Counted from the first letter of the stretch, positions 14,400 through 31,785 are shown. The stretch is DNA of 64,000 nt from the human T2T-CHM13v2.0 reference genome, Homo sapiens (GCF_009914755.1 NC_060939.1); one strand, 5' to 3'. A program made the numbers and translations. Notes: generated by a model from the sequence alone, not told the origin.

Positions 14400-17300
14400 A
14401 TTTTTTGGATTTTTATTATTTTCATGTTTAAATTGACACATTGTAATTATACATAGTTATGGGACACAATTTGATATTTCAATATATGTGTATGTCATAC
14501 AATGATCAAATCCAGGTAGTTATTAATAGCATATCCATCCTCATAAATTTATCATTTCTTTGTGGTAAGAATATTCAATAACATGTCTTCTGACTATTTG
14601 GTAATATACAATACCTTAGTACTAACCAGTCACCTTACTGTGCAATATAATATCAGATCTCATTTCCCCTATCTTATTGTAACTTTGTACCCACTGATCA
14701 ACCTCTCACCATTCTCCCTTCCTTGTCCCCCTATCCCCAGTCTCTGGTAACCACTGTTTTCTCTACCTCTATGATATTAACTTTTTATTTTAGATTCAAC
14801 ATGAGTGATATTATGTGGTATTTGTCTTTCTGTGTCTGGCTTATTTCACTTAACATTACGTCCTCCAGGTTCACCCACGTTGTCATAAATGATAGAATTT
14901 CATTCTTTTTCAAGGCTGAGTATTATTCCATTGCTTATATATGCAACATTTTCTTTACTCATTCATTCTTTGTTGGACATTTAGGTTGATTCCATATGTT
15001 GGCTATTACAAATAGTGCTGAAATAAACATGGCAGTGTACATAGTTCCTTGACATACTGATTCAGTTTTCTTTGGGTATAAACCCAGTAGTGGACTTCCT
15101 GAATCATGCAGTTGCTCTATTTTTTTTTTTAAAGAGGAAACTCCATACTGTTTTTCATAATGGCTGTACTAATTTATAATCCCACCATCAGTGAGTAAGT
15201 TTGTCCTTTTCTCCACATCATTGCCAACACTTGTTTTCTTTTGTCTTTTTTATAGCAGACATTCTAACTTTTTATAATAGGCACTCATAACCATTCTCAT
15301 TAGGGTTTTGATTTGTATTTCCCTGATGATTAGTGATGTTGAACATTTTCCCACATACTTGTTAGCCATTTGTATATATTCTTTTGGGAAATGACTATTC
15401 AGGTCTTTGGTTCATTTTTTATCTGCATTTTTATTTTTATCTTGCTGTTAAGTTCATTATTTATTCTGGATATTGACTTCTTGTCAGATGTACAGGGTTT
15501 GCAAATATTTTCTCCCATCCTGTAGGTTGCCTCTTCACTGTTTATTCTTTTCTTTGCTGTGCAAAAGCTTTTTAGTTTAATGTAACCCCCTTTGCCTATG
15601 TTTTTCTTTTGTTGCTTTTAACTGTTATTTTGAGGTCTTATTTAAAAAATCTTTATCTAGTCCAATGTCATGAAGCATTTTCTCTATGTTTTCTTCTAGT
15701 AAATTCAGAGTTTCAAGTTTACATTTAAGTATTTAATGCATTTTGAGTTGATTTTTGCACATGATGAGAGGTAGGGGTCTATTCTCATTCTTCCACATGT
15801 GAATATCCAATTTTCCCAGCATCAGTTATTGGAAAGACTGTCTTTTCCCCGAAGGTGCTCTCTATTCTGTTTCCTTGGTCTATATGTCTGCTTTTATGCC
15901 AGTATCATGCTGTTTCAGTTTCTATAGCTTTATGTATTTTAAAGTCAGGTAGTGTGATGCCTGTAGCTTTGTTCTTTTTGCTTAGGATTGCTTCAGCTAT
16001 TTTGTATCTTTTGTAGTTCCATTTGACTTTTAGAATTGTTTCTTTTATTTCTGTGAATAATTTCATTGGTATTTTGATAGTTTGTATTAAATCCGTAGAT
16101 TGCTTTGGGTAGTGTGGCCATTTTAACAATATTTATTCTTCCAATCAATAAACACAGGATATCTTTGCATTTATTTGTGCCTTTTACAATTTCTTTCATC
16201 ATTGTTTTATAGTTTCCAGTGTAGAGATATTTCACCTTTCTTAAGTTTATTCCTACCTAACTCATTTTTTCGTAACTGTTGTAAATAGGATCATTTTCTT
16301 GATTTCTTTTTCAGATAGTTCACTATTAGTGTATAGAAATACTACTGATTTTTGTATGTTGGTTTATATCCTGCAATTTTATTTAATTTGTTTATTAGTT
16401 CTAATAGTTTTTTGGTGGAGTCTTTAGAGCTTTCTATATATAAGATCATGTTGCCCACAAACAGAGACAAATTGAATTCTTTTCCAATTTGCATGTCTTT
16501 TATTTCTTTCTGTTGTATAAATTGCTCTGGCTAGGACTTTAAGTACTATATCAAATAGAAGTGGTAAAAGTGGGTATCCTTGTCTTTTTCCTGATTTTAG
16601 AGGAAAAACTTTCAGCTTTGCTCCATTCAGTAAGATGTTAGTTGTGGGTTTGTCATATATGGTCTTTACTGTGTTGAGGTACATTCTAACTATACCTAAT
16701 TTGTTGAAAGTTTTTATCATGAGAGGATGTTGGATTTTGTCAAATGCTTTTTCTGCAGCTGTTGAAATGATCAGATGGCTTTGTCCTTCTTTCTGTTAAT
16801 TTGGTGCATCATATTTATTGATTTGCATGTGTTGAACTATCTTTGTATTTCTGGGATGAATCCCACTTGATCATAGTGAATGATCCTTTTAATGTGCTGT
16901 TGAATTCAGTTTACTAGTATCTTGGGGATTTTTGCATTTGTGTTCATCAGGGCTACAGCTTGTAGTTTCCTCTTTTTCTGTTATGTTCTTGTCTGGTTTT
17001 GGAATCAGAATAATGCTGGCCTTGTAAAATGAGTTTGGAAGTATTCCCTCCTCTTCAATTTTGTGGAATAGTTTGAGGAGGATTGGTATTCTTTCTTCTT
17101 TAAATGTTTGTTAGAACTCAGCAGTGAAGCCATCAGATCCTGGGTTTTTCTTTGATGGTAGACTTTTTGTGACTGATTTGATTTCCCTACTCATTATCGG
17201 TCTGTTTAGATTTTCTATTTCTTCTTTATTTAATCTTGACAGTTGTATGTGTCCAGAAATTTATCTGTTTCTCCTATGTTGTCAGATTTGTTGGCATATA

Positions 17301-18520
17301 GTTGTTCATAATAGTCACTTATGATCTGTGATTTTTATAAAGGCATGGCAAAATGGGGGGGAAGTCTCTTATGATCTTTTGTATTCCTTAAAAAATTTTT
17401 TTGAGAGAAAGGGTCTCACTGTGTCACCCAGGCTAGAGTACAGTGGCATGGTCATAGCTCACTGCAGCCTGGAACTCCTGGGCTTAAGGGATCCTCCTAT
17501 CTCAACTTCCTGAGTAGCTAAGACTATGGGCATCTGCCACCATGCCTGGCTAATTTTTTAATTTTTTGTAGAGATGGAAGCGGGGTGTCTCATCATGTTG
17601 CCCAGGCTGGTCTGAATCTCCTGTGTTCAAGTGATCCTCCTGTCTCTGCCTTCCAAAATGCTGAGATTACAAGCATGAGCCACTGCACCCAGCTGATCTT
17701 TTGTATTTTTTTAAATTTTTATTTATTTAATTTTCTGCCAAGGCTCTGTCATCCAATTTTTTGTATTTCTATGATATCAGTTGTAATGTTTCCTTTTTCA
17801 TCTCTGATTCTACCTATTTAACTCTTCTCTTTTTTGAGTCTAGCTAAAGGTTTATTGATTTTATCTTTTAAAAAAAATGACTATTTGTTTCATTGACCTT
17901 TTGAATTGTTTTTTTTTTTCAGTCTCTATTTTGTTTATTTCTGCTCTGAGCTTTATTACTTCCTTTCTCCTACCAATTTTAGGTTGAGTTCATTCTTGCT
18001 TTACTAGTTTCTTCAGGTGCATCATTATGTTGTTTATTAAAATCTTTCTTCTTTTTTTGATGTAGGTATTTATTGCTATAAACTTCCTCTCAGAACTGCT
18101 TTTGCTGTGTCCAGTAGGTTTTGGTGTGATATGTTTCCATTCTCATTTGCCTCAAAAAATTTTTAAATTTCCCTCCTAACTTCTTCATTGACCGATTGGT
18201 TATTTAGGAGCATATTGTTTATTTCTATGTATTTGTAAAGTTTCTGAAGTTTTCCTTCTTGTGGATTTCTAATTTATACCATTTTGTCCATAAAACATAC
18301 TCAATACGATGTCAAGCTTCTTAAATCTGTAAAGACTTGTTTTGTGGCCTAACATGTTCTATCCTGGAGAATCTTCCATGTGCAGTTCCGAAGAATGTGT
18401 ATTCTGCAGCATGTGTTATAGATGACTGTTAGGTCCATTTGGTCTGTGGTGCAGTTTAAGTCTGATGTTTCTTTGTTGATTTTCTGTCTACATTATCTGT
18501 CCATTGCTGACAGTGGGAAA
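14400..18520 (-). mobile_element. L1MA-type LINE, ~4 kb 3' part (ORF2 + 3'UTR), inserted in an older L1M
   Basis: T-rich tail at 14400; ORF-track fragments translate to L1 ORF2 (AIYDKPT-like '[14 protein letters not shown]', 'GITLPDFK'); short flanking repeat aacttct. Confidence 0.9.
17395..17693 (-). mobile_element. AluJ-like inside L1MA
   Basis: Dimeric; TSD tgatcttttgtatt. Confidence 0.9.
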
Positions 18521-19780
18521 GGAACTTCTCAAGTACTTCAGAAAGAAAGAAAATAACCCCAGAAGGAAGGTATGAGCATAAGACAGAAAGGTTGAAAGTA
18601 GAAGGATGGAAAAATATATACCAGGAAAATACTAATGAAAAAGTCTGGCATAGCTGTATTAATTTTAAATGAAAGAGGGGAATATTCATGAAGATAACAA
18701 AGGTCACTACATAGTTTTCAAAAGTTTTAATAAATCAGGAGGAAATAAGAATTCTAAATGTACATGAACATAAGATAGGCTCAAAATAGATAAAGAAAAA
18801 TTGAGATGACTACAAGGAGAAACTGAGTTTCACATACTTCTTAAAACAATTGACAGATTGAACAGGCAAGAAATTAAAATTTGAACAACACATTTATCAA
18901 GTTTTATCAAATGATCACATATAAAATATAGATTGCCAACAATGGATAATACACATGCTTTTCAAACACACTAGGAACATTTGAAAGGCAGTGGGAATAT
19001 ATTGAATGTATTCAAGGCTGTTAGAAAAACTAAGAGAGGTAAAGAGATAATTAACATCTCTTCCTGGGTTCTAATCCTTGCCCTAAATACTAACTGGTAG
19101 CAATTCTAAGCAAGGCCTGAAGAAAGTCTTTCACAGAATCTCAGGATGGAGGGACTTCACAGCCACCTATGCCAACCCTATCCCGAATCTACAAGTCTCC
19201 ACAACATCCTCCTTAAGCCTTTATCTAGCTTCTGTTTAAATTTCTTCACAAAGGGGAATGTGATAGTCCCAGGGCAGCCCTCTCAGCCTCTCCCAACCTT
19301 TAACTGGCTAGCATGCCTGCAAATTCACAGCAGCAATTCAACTGTATATCTGAGCTAATTAGTCATTATCTTAGGGACTGTGGGCAATGTCACAGGATGG
19401 GTCTTGTGATCGTGGTGTAAGAAATTCTACCCAGAACCCAGATGTGAGGTCTAGGTGACCGTGCCTGCTAAAAGCTATTGTATAACGACACAGGGCAACT
19501 ATGTGGAGTTTCAGGATGATGTGGTTAAGCTTTGCAAGCCCTACTCAGGGGATTTTGCAACCTGGAAGTGCCTTAGCTTGGACTGGTGGAATATATACAC
19601 TTCTCCCATAATTGAGAGTTTAAAAAAATCATAATAAAAAACAGACATAATGAAAAAACAGCAAAATTCTAGCCTAGCTTTTTCTAGTCCAAATTCTCGT
19701 CCCCCGGGGCAACAATGTATTGTCCCCCAGGGCAACTTTCAATCCCTTTAGCCGTTTTCTAGTATTTACCTCCAAATGTC

Positions 19781-20046
19781 TTTTTTTTTTTTTAACTTTC
19801 AAAGTTCAGGGATTACAAGTTCAGGTTTGTTGTTACACAGATAAACTTGTGTCATGAGGGTTTGTTGTACAGATTATTTCATCACCCAGGTATTAAGCCT
19901 GGTACCCATTAGTTATTTTTCCTGATCCTCTCCCTCCTCCCACCCTCCACCCTCCACCCTCCAAAAGGCCCCAGTGTGTGTTGTTCCCCTCTATGTGTCC
20001 CTGTGTTCTCATCATTTAGCTCCCACTTACAAGTGAGAACATGCTT
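19781..20046 (-). mobile_element. L1PA (older primate subfamily) 3' end
   Basis: Poly-T then ...catcacccaggtattaagcct...cccacttacaagtgagaacatg; near-TSD ctccaaat(g/t)tct. Confidence 0.88.
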
Positions 20047-20070
20047 AGCTCCAAATTTCTAAATAACATC

Positions 20071-20419
<349 letters not shown>

Positions 20420-21059
20420 TAGTTTTAGATATTATCTATTTATTTTCAACTGTGGAAAATAAGGAGTTTGCTCGTACATACCCTGCTTCTGCCCACATAC
20501 ATACACTTTTCTTCCCTGATAATCTCAATATAGCTTTATTATTCTTTTTTAAGGAGTGTAACGTGTTTACATTATTATGATAAAATAAATATTGTTCAGG
20601 GATAAGCCTACAGCATACAATGATAATATTTATTTCCATGTACAACTCTTTCTCTGGAAAAAATACTGCCTTTGACATTTTTTCAACTTTTTTTTTAAGT
20701 TGAGAAAACTTCATCCATCATCATTTCATCATCCTCTCATCGTTTCATCCACAGTTTCCCAACAGAACTAAAACTATTCTCTCAAGTTTAAACTCACTGG
20801 GTATTCTATACATTTCATTTTTCTTCAAGAACTCTCTTTCATGAGTATCTCCATTCTTTTCCACGATTCTAGATGGGCTGCAATCCATAATCACTGTACT
20901 GCTGGAACTCCCCTTCACAACCACCCTGGCAATTTCCTTTTTGTCTTGGGAATTCCCTTCCTTTTTCCATTGTGTTGCATTCCATCCTTGTTTCCTGGAT
21001 CCTGTGTCTTCCACTTTCTTTGTTGCCAACTTGTTTTCGGAAAGCACATCCCAAAATAG

Positions 21060-21401
21060 TTTTTTGTTTGTTTGTTTAAAAAAAGAGTAATTTTTGTTGT
21101 TATTGTTGTTGTTAAATAGAGACAGGGTCTTGCTCTGTCACACAGGCTGGAGTGCAGTGGCATGATCATGGCTCACTGCAGCATTGAACTCCTGGGCTCA
21201 AGTATCCTCCTGCCTCAGCCTCCCAAGTAGCTGGGACTGCAGGTGCATGCCATCACGCCCACCTAATTTTTGTATTTTTTTTTTGTAGAAATGGGGTTTC
21301 ACCATGTTGCCCAGGTTGGTCGGGAACTCCTGGGCTCAAGTGATTTGCCCACGTTAGCCTCCCAAAGTGCTGGGATTACAGGTGTGAGCTATTGTACCTG
21401 G
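21060..21401 (-). mobile_element. AluJ-like
   Basis: Full-length with long degenerate tail; short TSD aaatagt. Confidence 0.92.
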
Positions 21402-21719
21402 AAATAGTAAATTTTTAAAGGCATTGCATTATTATTAAATTGGCAGGCTGAGTACTGGATTATGAATTGAAGGTCTTTTTCCATCAGAAGTGTAAAAGCA
21501 CTGTTCCACTGTTTTCTAATTTTATTTGTTGCAAGTGAGAAGTCTGATCCCCTTCTAATTTTTAATTCTTGTTCTATGACCTCTTTTTATGTAAACATTT
21601 ATGTGAAAGGCTGAAAACAATTTATATGTCAAATAAGAGGTTTATTTATTTCTATCTTTTCATTCAGGTCAAATAATATAATGTCTGTATACAATTAAGC
21701 CATTAAAAAGGGGGAGGCT

Positions 21720-21800
21720 CCAGTGAGGTGAGATCACACCACTGTACTCCAGCCTGAGTGACAGAGTGAGACCCTGTCTCAAACAAAACAAAACAAAAAA
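21720..21800 (+). mobile_element. Alu 3' fragment
   Basis: cagtgaggtgagatcacaccactgtactccagcc...gtctcaaacaaaac. Confidence 0.8.
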
Positions 21801-22123
21801 TTATATTTTATAAAAATATTTAATGTCATAATAAAATCACCAAGATGAAAGAGATTATATATTCATGTTTTAAAATACTGAAAACTAATTCACCAAAATA
21901 TTAAAAGTGCTGCTGCTGGGTGATAAAATTTTGGGAGTTTCTTCTTTTTAGTAACTTCTGTATTAAAAACATTTCTAAAACCTGTTTATTTTTACAGTTG
22001 GGTTTGAAAAATGTGTCCTAATGCCATGTTAAAGTCTTCCTAGAGCCAGTAATAAATATCAATGTTACATTGGAAAAAAACAAAGGAGAAGATTACTATA
22101 AATCTTTATAAATGCAGTTTTAA

Positions 22124-22462
<339 letters not shown>

Positions 22463-22464
22463 TT

Positions 22465-24850
<2,386 letters not shown>

Positions 24851-25375
24851 ATCAACTTTAGGAATGCTGATGAAAATTTTTCATACAAAAGAGTAAAACT
24901 TTTATTTAGGAGAGTGGAGGTAAGTAGAAATTCTTTGGAGAATGGTTGTGAAAATTTAAGGAGAATGAAACAGAACTAAAAATTACACAGCAAGAATTCA
25001 GACTATATAGACTAAGGAGGTCTCCAAGCCAAAGGACACCTCTAAGCAGGTGCTGCACCAATTGGCAGTAGCAAGAAGGAAAGCAACCCAGAGTTTATAT
25101 TGTCAATACTTTCATCTCTACATGTCCCTGTTAACACTTACCCTTCCCTTCCTGATGTAAACCCCTCCCCTCCTAGAGTATCAACAACACATAATACACT
25201 TACTGAGTTTGATTTCCAAGTTCCTCCAGGCATAAGTCTCTCCTCCATTGATGAGCATCTGAGTGGGTAAGTGTAGGCTTTCTACTGCCATGGGTATCAG
25301 GTTTATCCTTGTGTCCTCTTGGGTGAGTTATCTTTCTGAGACTTAGCTTCTTCACCTGCAAAATGGGGAAAGTGA

Positions 25376-25691
<316 letters not shown>

Positions 25692-26298
25692 AACCTTTTT
25701 TTTAATCTCCGAAATTATATAAACTTGTATAGAAATTCTACAAAACATCAACATGCTTTAAACATATTGCAAAATCATTTTTTTCCTCTAACATCTGCTA
25801 TCCCATACCACACTCAGGGTATCATGTGCTATATAAAAATCCACTAGAGGGGAGTAAAACATTAAGTGAGAACATACAACAACTCAAGTTGGGTATCCTG
25901 TATAAATTATACTTGCAACTGTTACCTTATGTCTATTGTTTCTGATCAATCTCACTTAATTGCTTTAAAACCCAAAGATGTGAGGGAATCACTGATTCCA
26001 TGTCAAAGTCTTCTGCTCTGTGGAATAAAGCCCCACGCCTAAGGCTAGGGAGTCTTTGTACTCTTTAAAGCCACTCACTAATGGAACAAGAGCAGTTCCT
26101 TAAAACAATACACATGCCCATTCCATTTCTAGTTTTCTTTTTATTTATAACTAAGTTATGGTGACCAAAAAGATTCCCTAAACCTTAATTCAGAAGAGAA
26201 GTTTCCTTCTGAGCACTAATTCTCACTGAAAGGCAAAAGCAACTGCAGTGTTCCTGATCCTTGAGTAGTTCAATATTTAAAGAGACTGCAGAACATTG

Positions 26299-26390
26299 TC
26301 TTTGTTCCAAGTTCTTTGCACCCCAAAAGCTGATTTCCAAGTTCTTTGTTCCAAGTTCTTTGCACTCCAAAAGCTGATTTCCAAAAGCTG
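26299..26390. repeat. Two-copy tandem duplication, period 44 nt
   Basis: tctttgttccaagttctttgcacYccaaaagctgatttccaa at 26299-26340 and 26343-26384 (1 mismatch). Confidence 0.92.
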
Positions 26391-27699
26391 AAGGAAGGAG
26401 TCCTTAGGTGGGGGTCCCCTCACATTAAGATTATTAAAGACCCTGGCCCATTGGTTTACTACTTCCACTTTAAAGAAATATAATTTTAACATAGTAAATT
26501 CATCACCTCTTCAAAGTTTTCCAAGAAGATCTGGGCCCTGGTTCTTGTTCTCGGGGAGAGACATTTTCAGGGAAAGAGAAGAGGGGACACGGGCAGGAGA
26601 AGGAAGGTGGCCCCTACTGAGGCTCCACTGGAGAATCAGCTTAGAAGGCTAGGCATCAGGACGATCCAGGCACACACATTCTTTAATTTGTATTTCTAGA
26701 GGGTGTCTACATTTCTTACTTTCCTAGTAGTTACAGAATGATAAAGAATGGATATCACTAACTTTAGAGTCAGCTGACAAGAGTTTAAATCCTAGATAAA
26801 TTAGTTGATTTCAACTGTAAGTCCATAAGGAAATGGTGATGAAAACAAAAGAACAAAACTTGTTCCTTCACTATGTATAGCTTGAGAAGTGCTGGTGGAC
26901 AGAGGCTGCCTTGAAGCAAGAAGTCCCTTTAGTTTAGGGACTTGGGCAGCCCAAAGTAATCTGCAGGGTTAAAGCCAGGGAATTAAACAGCTGGACTTCA
27001 CTTTCTTCTTCCTTCCTATCTCCTGCCAGCGCTACTCGGTGACCAAACCCAACTGGGAGCTGGAAAGAGGATGAGTAAGCACTGTTGATGCAGCTCAAAC
27101 CTGTCAGAGCCCCAAAGTCTAGAGCAGGGTGGAGAAGATGAAGGGAGGGTCTGGAGGAGCAAACAGTTGACAAGCAGATGCAAAATTATTCCTGTAACAT
27201 CTCCACTTAGACTTACAGTTCCAATTCTAACATGTGAGAAAAGGCTTATTATTATTATTATTATTAGCAGAAGTATCTTCCCCTTCAGCAAGTGCTCCTT
27301 GAAGTGCTACTTTGAAGGTCTGGGGAGCTCTGGGGAAGGATGGAGGGCATATTGGAATGTTCTATTTCTACTATGCCATTCTTTAAGGGCAATCAATAAA
27401 GGAACACCGCAGAAGCAGCAGTGTAGTGGCCCATAGCTGCAGGTTCCTCTAGGATGAGTCTGGCCTGGCAAGGACTGGGGCATTTGCCCAGCAGCTGCCT
27501 ATTACGGTAACTGTTTCTGATTATTTTGTAGTGGCTCAACTTGTTTGGGTTAAACCATATTCCCCAGAATTCCCTTGCTAATAGGTTCTGCCCAGGTTGG
27601 GCTACAGGAGATATTCTCTTGCAAGAGTTGGGGGATGGAAGGGAAATAGCAGCCATTTTGTTGCATTCACATGCTTCTGCCAGTTATGCAATCGAACAC

Positions 27700-28040
27700 G
27701 AATGTAGGTGCTGCGATGAAGGAACTTGTGGGTATAAATAAGTTCCTAATCAGGTGATCCTTAATTAGGGAAATTATCCTGTGTGGGCCTGACTTAACTG
27801 GTTGGAAGGCCCTACACGAAACAGAGACCCTGCCTGTGAACAGTAGCTTTGACCTGTGCACGTGGGGTCCCAGCTTGCTTGTGCTCTTCCCTTCTTGACT
27901 GCCTATTCTGTAGACTTTGGACCCACTTACCCAGCCCCCACAATTGTATACGTAACTTCCTTAGTATCTATCTATCCATATTAGTCATCTTTATCTCCTA
28001 CTGGTTCTGCTTCTCTGTTTGAACCCTGACTGATAACACT
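27700..28040 (+). mobile_element. MLT2-like ERVL LTR
   Basis: aggtgctgcgatgaagg...gaaattatcct...ctcctactggttctgcttctctgtttgaaccctgactgata. Confidence 0.65.
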
Positions 28041-30799
28041 ACTTCTTACACGTGGGCAGGCAGGGAAGGCAGTGGAACAGTTCTCATTCCAGTCCCTGTG
28101 CCCCCTACACACCCCCACTAGCTCAGTGTCATCCTTTCCAGACTCAGTTTTTCTGTGACCCGTGTCCTTCTCTGACCCCCAATGACACAGGCAGCTCCTC
28201 CACTCCCATTAAAGAGGACCTGGAAGGCAAGGAAGGGCCACAGTCAGGGAATCCAGAAGAATGACCTGGTAGAAGGGATGGAGGTGAAAAAGGTAGATGC
28301 AAAGAACTGAAGGATCGATTGACAGAAGGAAGGAGAAGGAGAAGAGGAACAAGATTGGTGGGGAAGCAGGACGGGTGGTTTAGGAAAGGTACAGAGAGAA
28401 GATCTGGAGGAAGGGAAGGAGTGAGGTCGTAGGAAGGAGAGGGAGACTAGCAGGGTACACCTGTGTTTAGCTTTGTCCTCCTTTGTCATCATCCCCTCCT
28501 TGGGAAAGGGAAGGCTGTTTCCACTAGTAGGATGCCTCACACTTCAGTTATAAATAATCTGTGGAGTACCACCCCATATGTGTAAGTGGCTAATCTTTTT
28601 TTGTTCCAGTTTTCACTATTTTCAGGTCTTCAATTTTTAGTACTAAAAAGCATAACAATGTTATTCATATGCTTGCTTTAAAATTTTTGATATAAGCGAG
28701 GTACAGAACAGTAGGTATACTATGCTACCACTCATATAAAATATGGGATATTTATTCATTTATACTCATGTAAATAGGTTTTGAGTAACAAACTCTGCTT
28801 CAAGGGTGGAGAATTAGGCAACTGGGACCAGAGCTGGGAAAGGGGCTTTTTATATATTAATGTTTTAAATGTGGACTTGCTTATGAATTGTCACCATAGA
28901 TATTGATTATTCTCTCTGCTGCACCTATATGTAAGTAAAACACATAGAGGAGTCAGCCACTGCTATCCTTTCCTACATCTCTCCAAAGCTCAGTCTGTGA
29001 CGACAGTGAGGCAACACTCCCTGGGAAGGTATTGCCACATATGATTCTGTTCCTCCTCAGCAAACAAATGATTTGTGCCAGTTAACTTAATGCGCCGCAA
29101 TGATCCTGCTCACCATTGCCATGACCACCCATCCCATGTGCTTTGTGGGAAAATGAGAAACCCCAATAACATATAGAGCCGAGGTTTCTGTACTAGCTTT
29201 AGTGAGAGCTCCAGAACAAAGGGAACACATTTTGTACCCATTTAAATCAAAACCAGGCATCTCTGCTTAGGGTGTGCATCCTGATTAAGCAAGCAAAGTT
29301 GCACCCACCCCAGAGGAGCCAGCATATACAAGATACATCACGGAAGGACTCTTTCCCTGGTTTTTCTCCAACAGAAACTCGCCTTATGGATTTGGGCTTA
29401 AACAATTATCTATGGTCTCTAGAATCGTGGCAGCAAAGGGAAATCAGAGCAGATCAACTTAGTTTAATTTTGAAAAACCCACGGAGAAGGTTTGTGTGAT
29501 TACAAAGCAATAGATTGAAATGACAGTGAGTTTAGCCAGCTGGAACCATTGAGGAAAGGGTTCTTGGTGGTAAAGCAACTACGTGTCTTGAGAAAACAAC
29601 TAGTATGTGTTGCAGGCTCAATGGAATTTGCTTAATAAGTTGCACATTTGTCATTGTAGGTCAGTTCTTTGGGTGCCAGAAGACATAACTTCTCTATTAT
29701 ATAATCAGATATTTGTCTTTGCTGGAAAATGAGTACTGAAGAACGTCAATCCTCTGTTGTTTCCAAAAGCCTCTCTCTGGCCAGCTGGGTGTTCTGAACA
29801 CTGAGCATCCATCACAGGGCACATTATGAAAGCTGAGCCTGGCACTGGGCTTTGGCCCCTCTGCCACTTACCTTTGCACCCTCTCTGCAAGACAACTGAC
29901 CCAACTCCTCTAAACAGGCTGAGGGCTCAGGAAGTGGGAGGAGAGCAGATGTTTGGCCTTGATCTTAGGCAGAGATGGGAGGCTACAGGATTCCAAATTT
30001 TTCAACTAGCAGGTTTCTATCTGGCCACAAATTTTGTCAGCTACAGCAACATGTTAATTACTCTGAAGGACTAAAGCCAAAACATGTTTATTTTTTGAGG
30101 TCTTTTTTTAATCTTCTAGTGTCCATACCAATACTCATACCTGTATATATTTTGCTCTAAAATATTTGAAGACTTCTTCCAAGAAGAACAAAACTTTTCA
30201 TTTCTCCTAAGGAGACCTCTTTCTTTATTCTTTGGTATTTTGACTTTGAGCAAGTACAGATTTTCTTCCTTCTGGTGTTCAAGTGTTTTTTCTTCAGAGC
30301 AGGCAAATACATGTAAATAATCTGATTTGTTCCAGGGAAGAGAACTTTGAAAGTAAACTTCCTACAGTATATTCAGGAAGTGACTTGAGGAAGATAATTT
30401 GCTTTCAATAGGTGAGATCTTTTTTCTCTCTCCAGATGGGAATATTGCTTAGTTTTTGGAGGAATGGGCCAAATATATTTTTATCTGAAGGGAAGAAAAG
30501 AATGTGCCTTTCTTAAAACTTGGTTTTAGGTTTTTCTCAACCTCCCAGCATTCTGGGAACACAAATTTGTGTTGTCCTATATTGACCTAGATTGATATAT
30601 CCATGTGCAATTTTTATTGAGTACTAAACAACATAGAAGAAATGACAGTGTTTAGTGGGGGAGATTTCACACCAGATTTAGGGGCTTGAAGAAACTAAAA
30701 GCACCACCTTATCATTGTCACTCAGAGCTAACATTGATTATTGAGTCCATACTATTTTCCAGTTAGTGTAAGTTCCTTTGCAAAAATTCTCATTTGAAC

Positions 30800-31400
30800 T
30801 GATAATCGAAATGAGAGACTGAGGCAAAAGTCTCAGTCGATGGAGGTTTATTACACCAGTTTTAGGGCGCATCTGGGAAAACATGAGCCACAGGCACATC
30901 TGTGGCTGTTTTCCTGAAGAGGTTTTTAGGAGCTTTAGAATTTATATATTTCTTTAAAGGGAGATAGGCATGCAGGAAGGGGGGAAGGTAAGGCGAATGG
31001 TTATATTCTCTTGAGACTTTAGTTAGTGCCCAGTAAATCTACATTTTACAGAGATAAGATGAATGTTTGAAGAGAAAAAAAGGAGAAAAGAATGAATCAA
31101 TTATGCAGTTGTCTCTGATAGGTGAAGGAGATGACTGATGTTGTCTTGTCCTTGCTCTGCATCTGGAAGATAAGCTTGTAAGCAACATAATCAGTGTGGA
31201 ATCAAACGGCTTTAGTTTTAGGAGCTAGATTTAAGACGGTAGACCTAAAGTAACAATTGACATGTCCTTGTTTATAGGAGGCCAGCAAAGAGTTTACTTA
31301 TGAATGATGTGTGAGGCCAGTCCTTCCCAGATGCCTGAGGCCTTTTATGTTTCTGTGAATAACATTAATAACAGCTATTCATTTGGAAGACAGTGTTGCA
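30800..31400 (-). mobile_element. ERV1 MER4-group solo LTR (MER41-like; subfamily uncertain)
   Basis: Minus-strand TATA-like (~30941-30950), AATAAA (30847-30852) and terminal CA; aagcttatcttcc and gcataattga motifs. Confidence 0.6.
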
Positions 31401-31785
31401 AGATGGTTGCTGCAAATCCAGGTGTTACAACCAGACACAGTAACATCTAAAAAATGGCTCTAACCACTGATCTAGAAGTTGCACATTTGTCATTTAAAGT
31501 CAGCTCTTTCCAGTGTGGAAGAAAATACTTTTTAGAAAGAAACATTTTCTACAAGCCCTGCAGCCTCTCCCTTATATGGCATTGTCCAGAACTGAGTCAT
31601 ATGCCCATCCCTAAACAAGTCACGGTAACAGGAATTGAGGCCACTGGGATTACTCAGGCCAAACAGGAGTCAGCAACAGAGTTGAAACTGAGTCATGAGG
31701 GGAAGTGACAGCTATGCCCCCCTTGGTCTGCCAACAAGGAAGAAGTAGGTAATAACGTTGGGTAGATAACCAATAGTGTCCACTA
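31401..31785 (-). mobile_element. MLT1-type MaLR LTR fragment
   Basis: agatggttgctgca...cattgtccagaactgagtcatatgcccatccctaaac...ggtagataaccaatagtgtc. Confidence 0.55.

Noticed and set aside
26299-26390. CRISPR-like repeat array
   Set aside because: Only two adjacent copies, no spacers, no cas genes, eukaryotic context.
30800-31400. Interferon-inducible (STAT1 GAS) enhancer as in MER41B
   Set aside because: I did not find a TTCNNNGAA site (ttcctgaa has only a 2-nt spacer) and the subfamily is uncertain.
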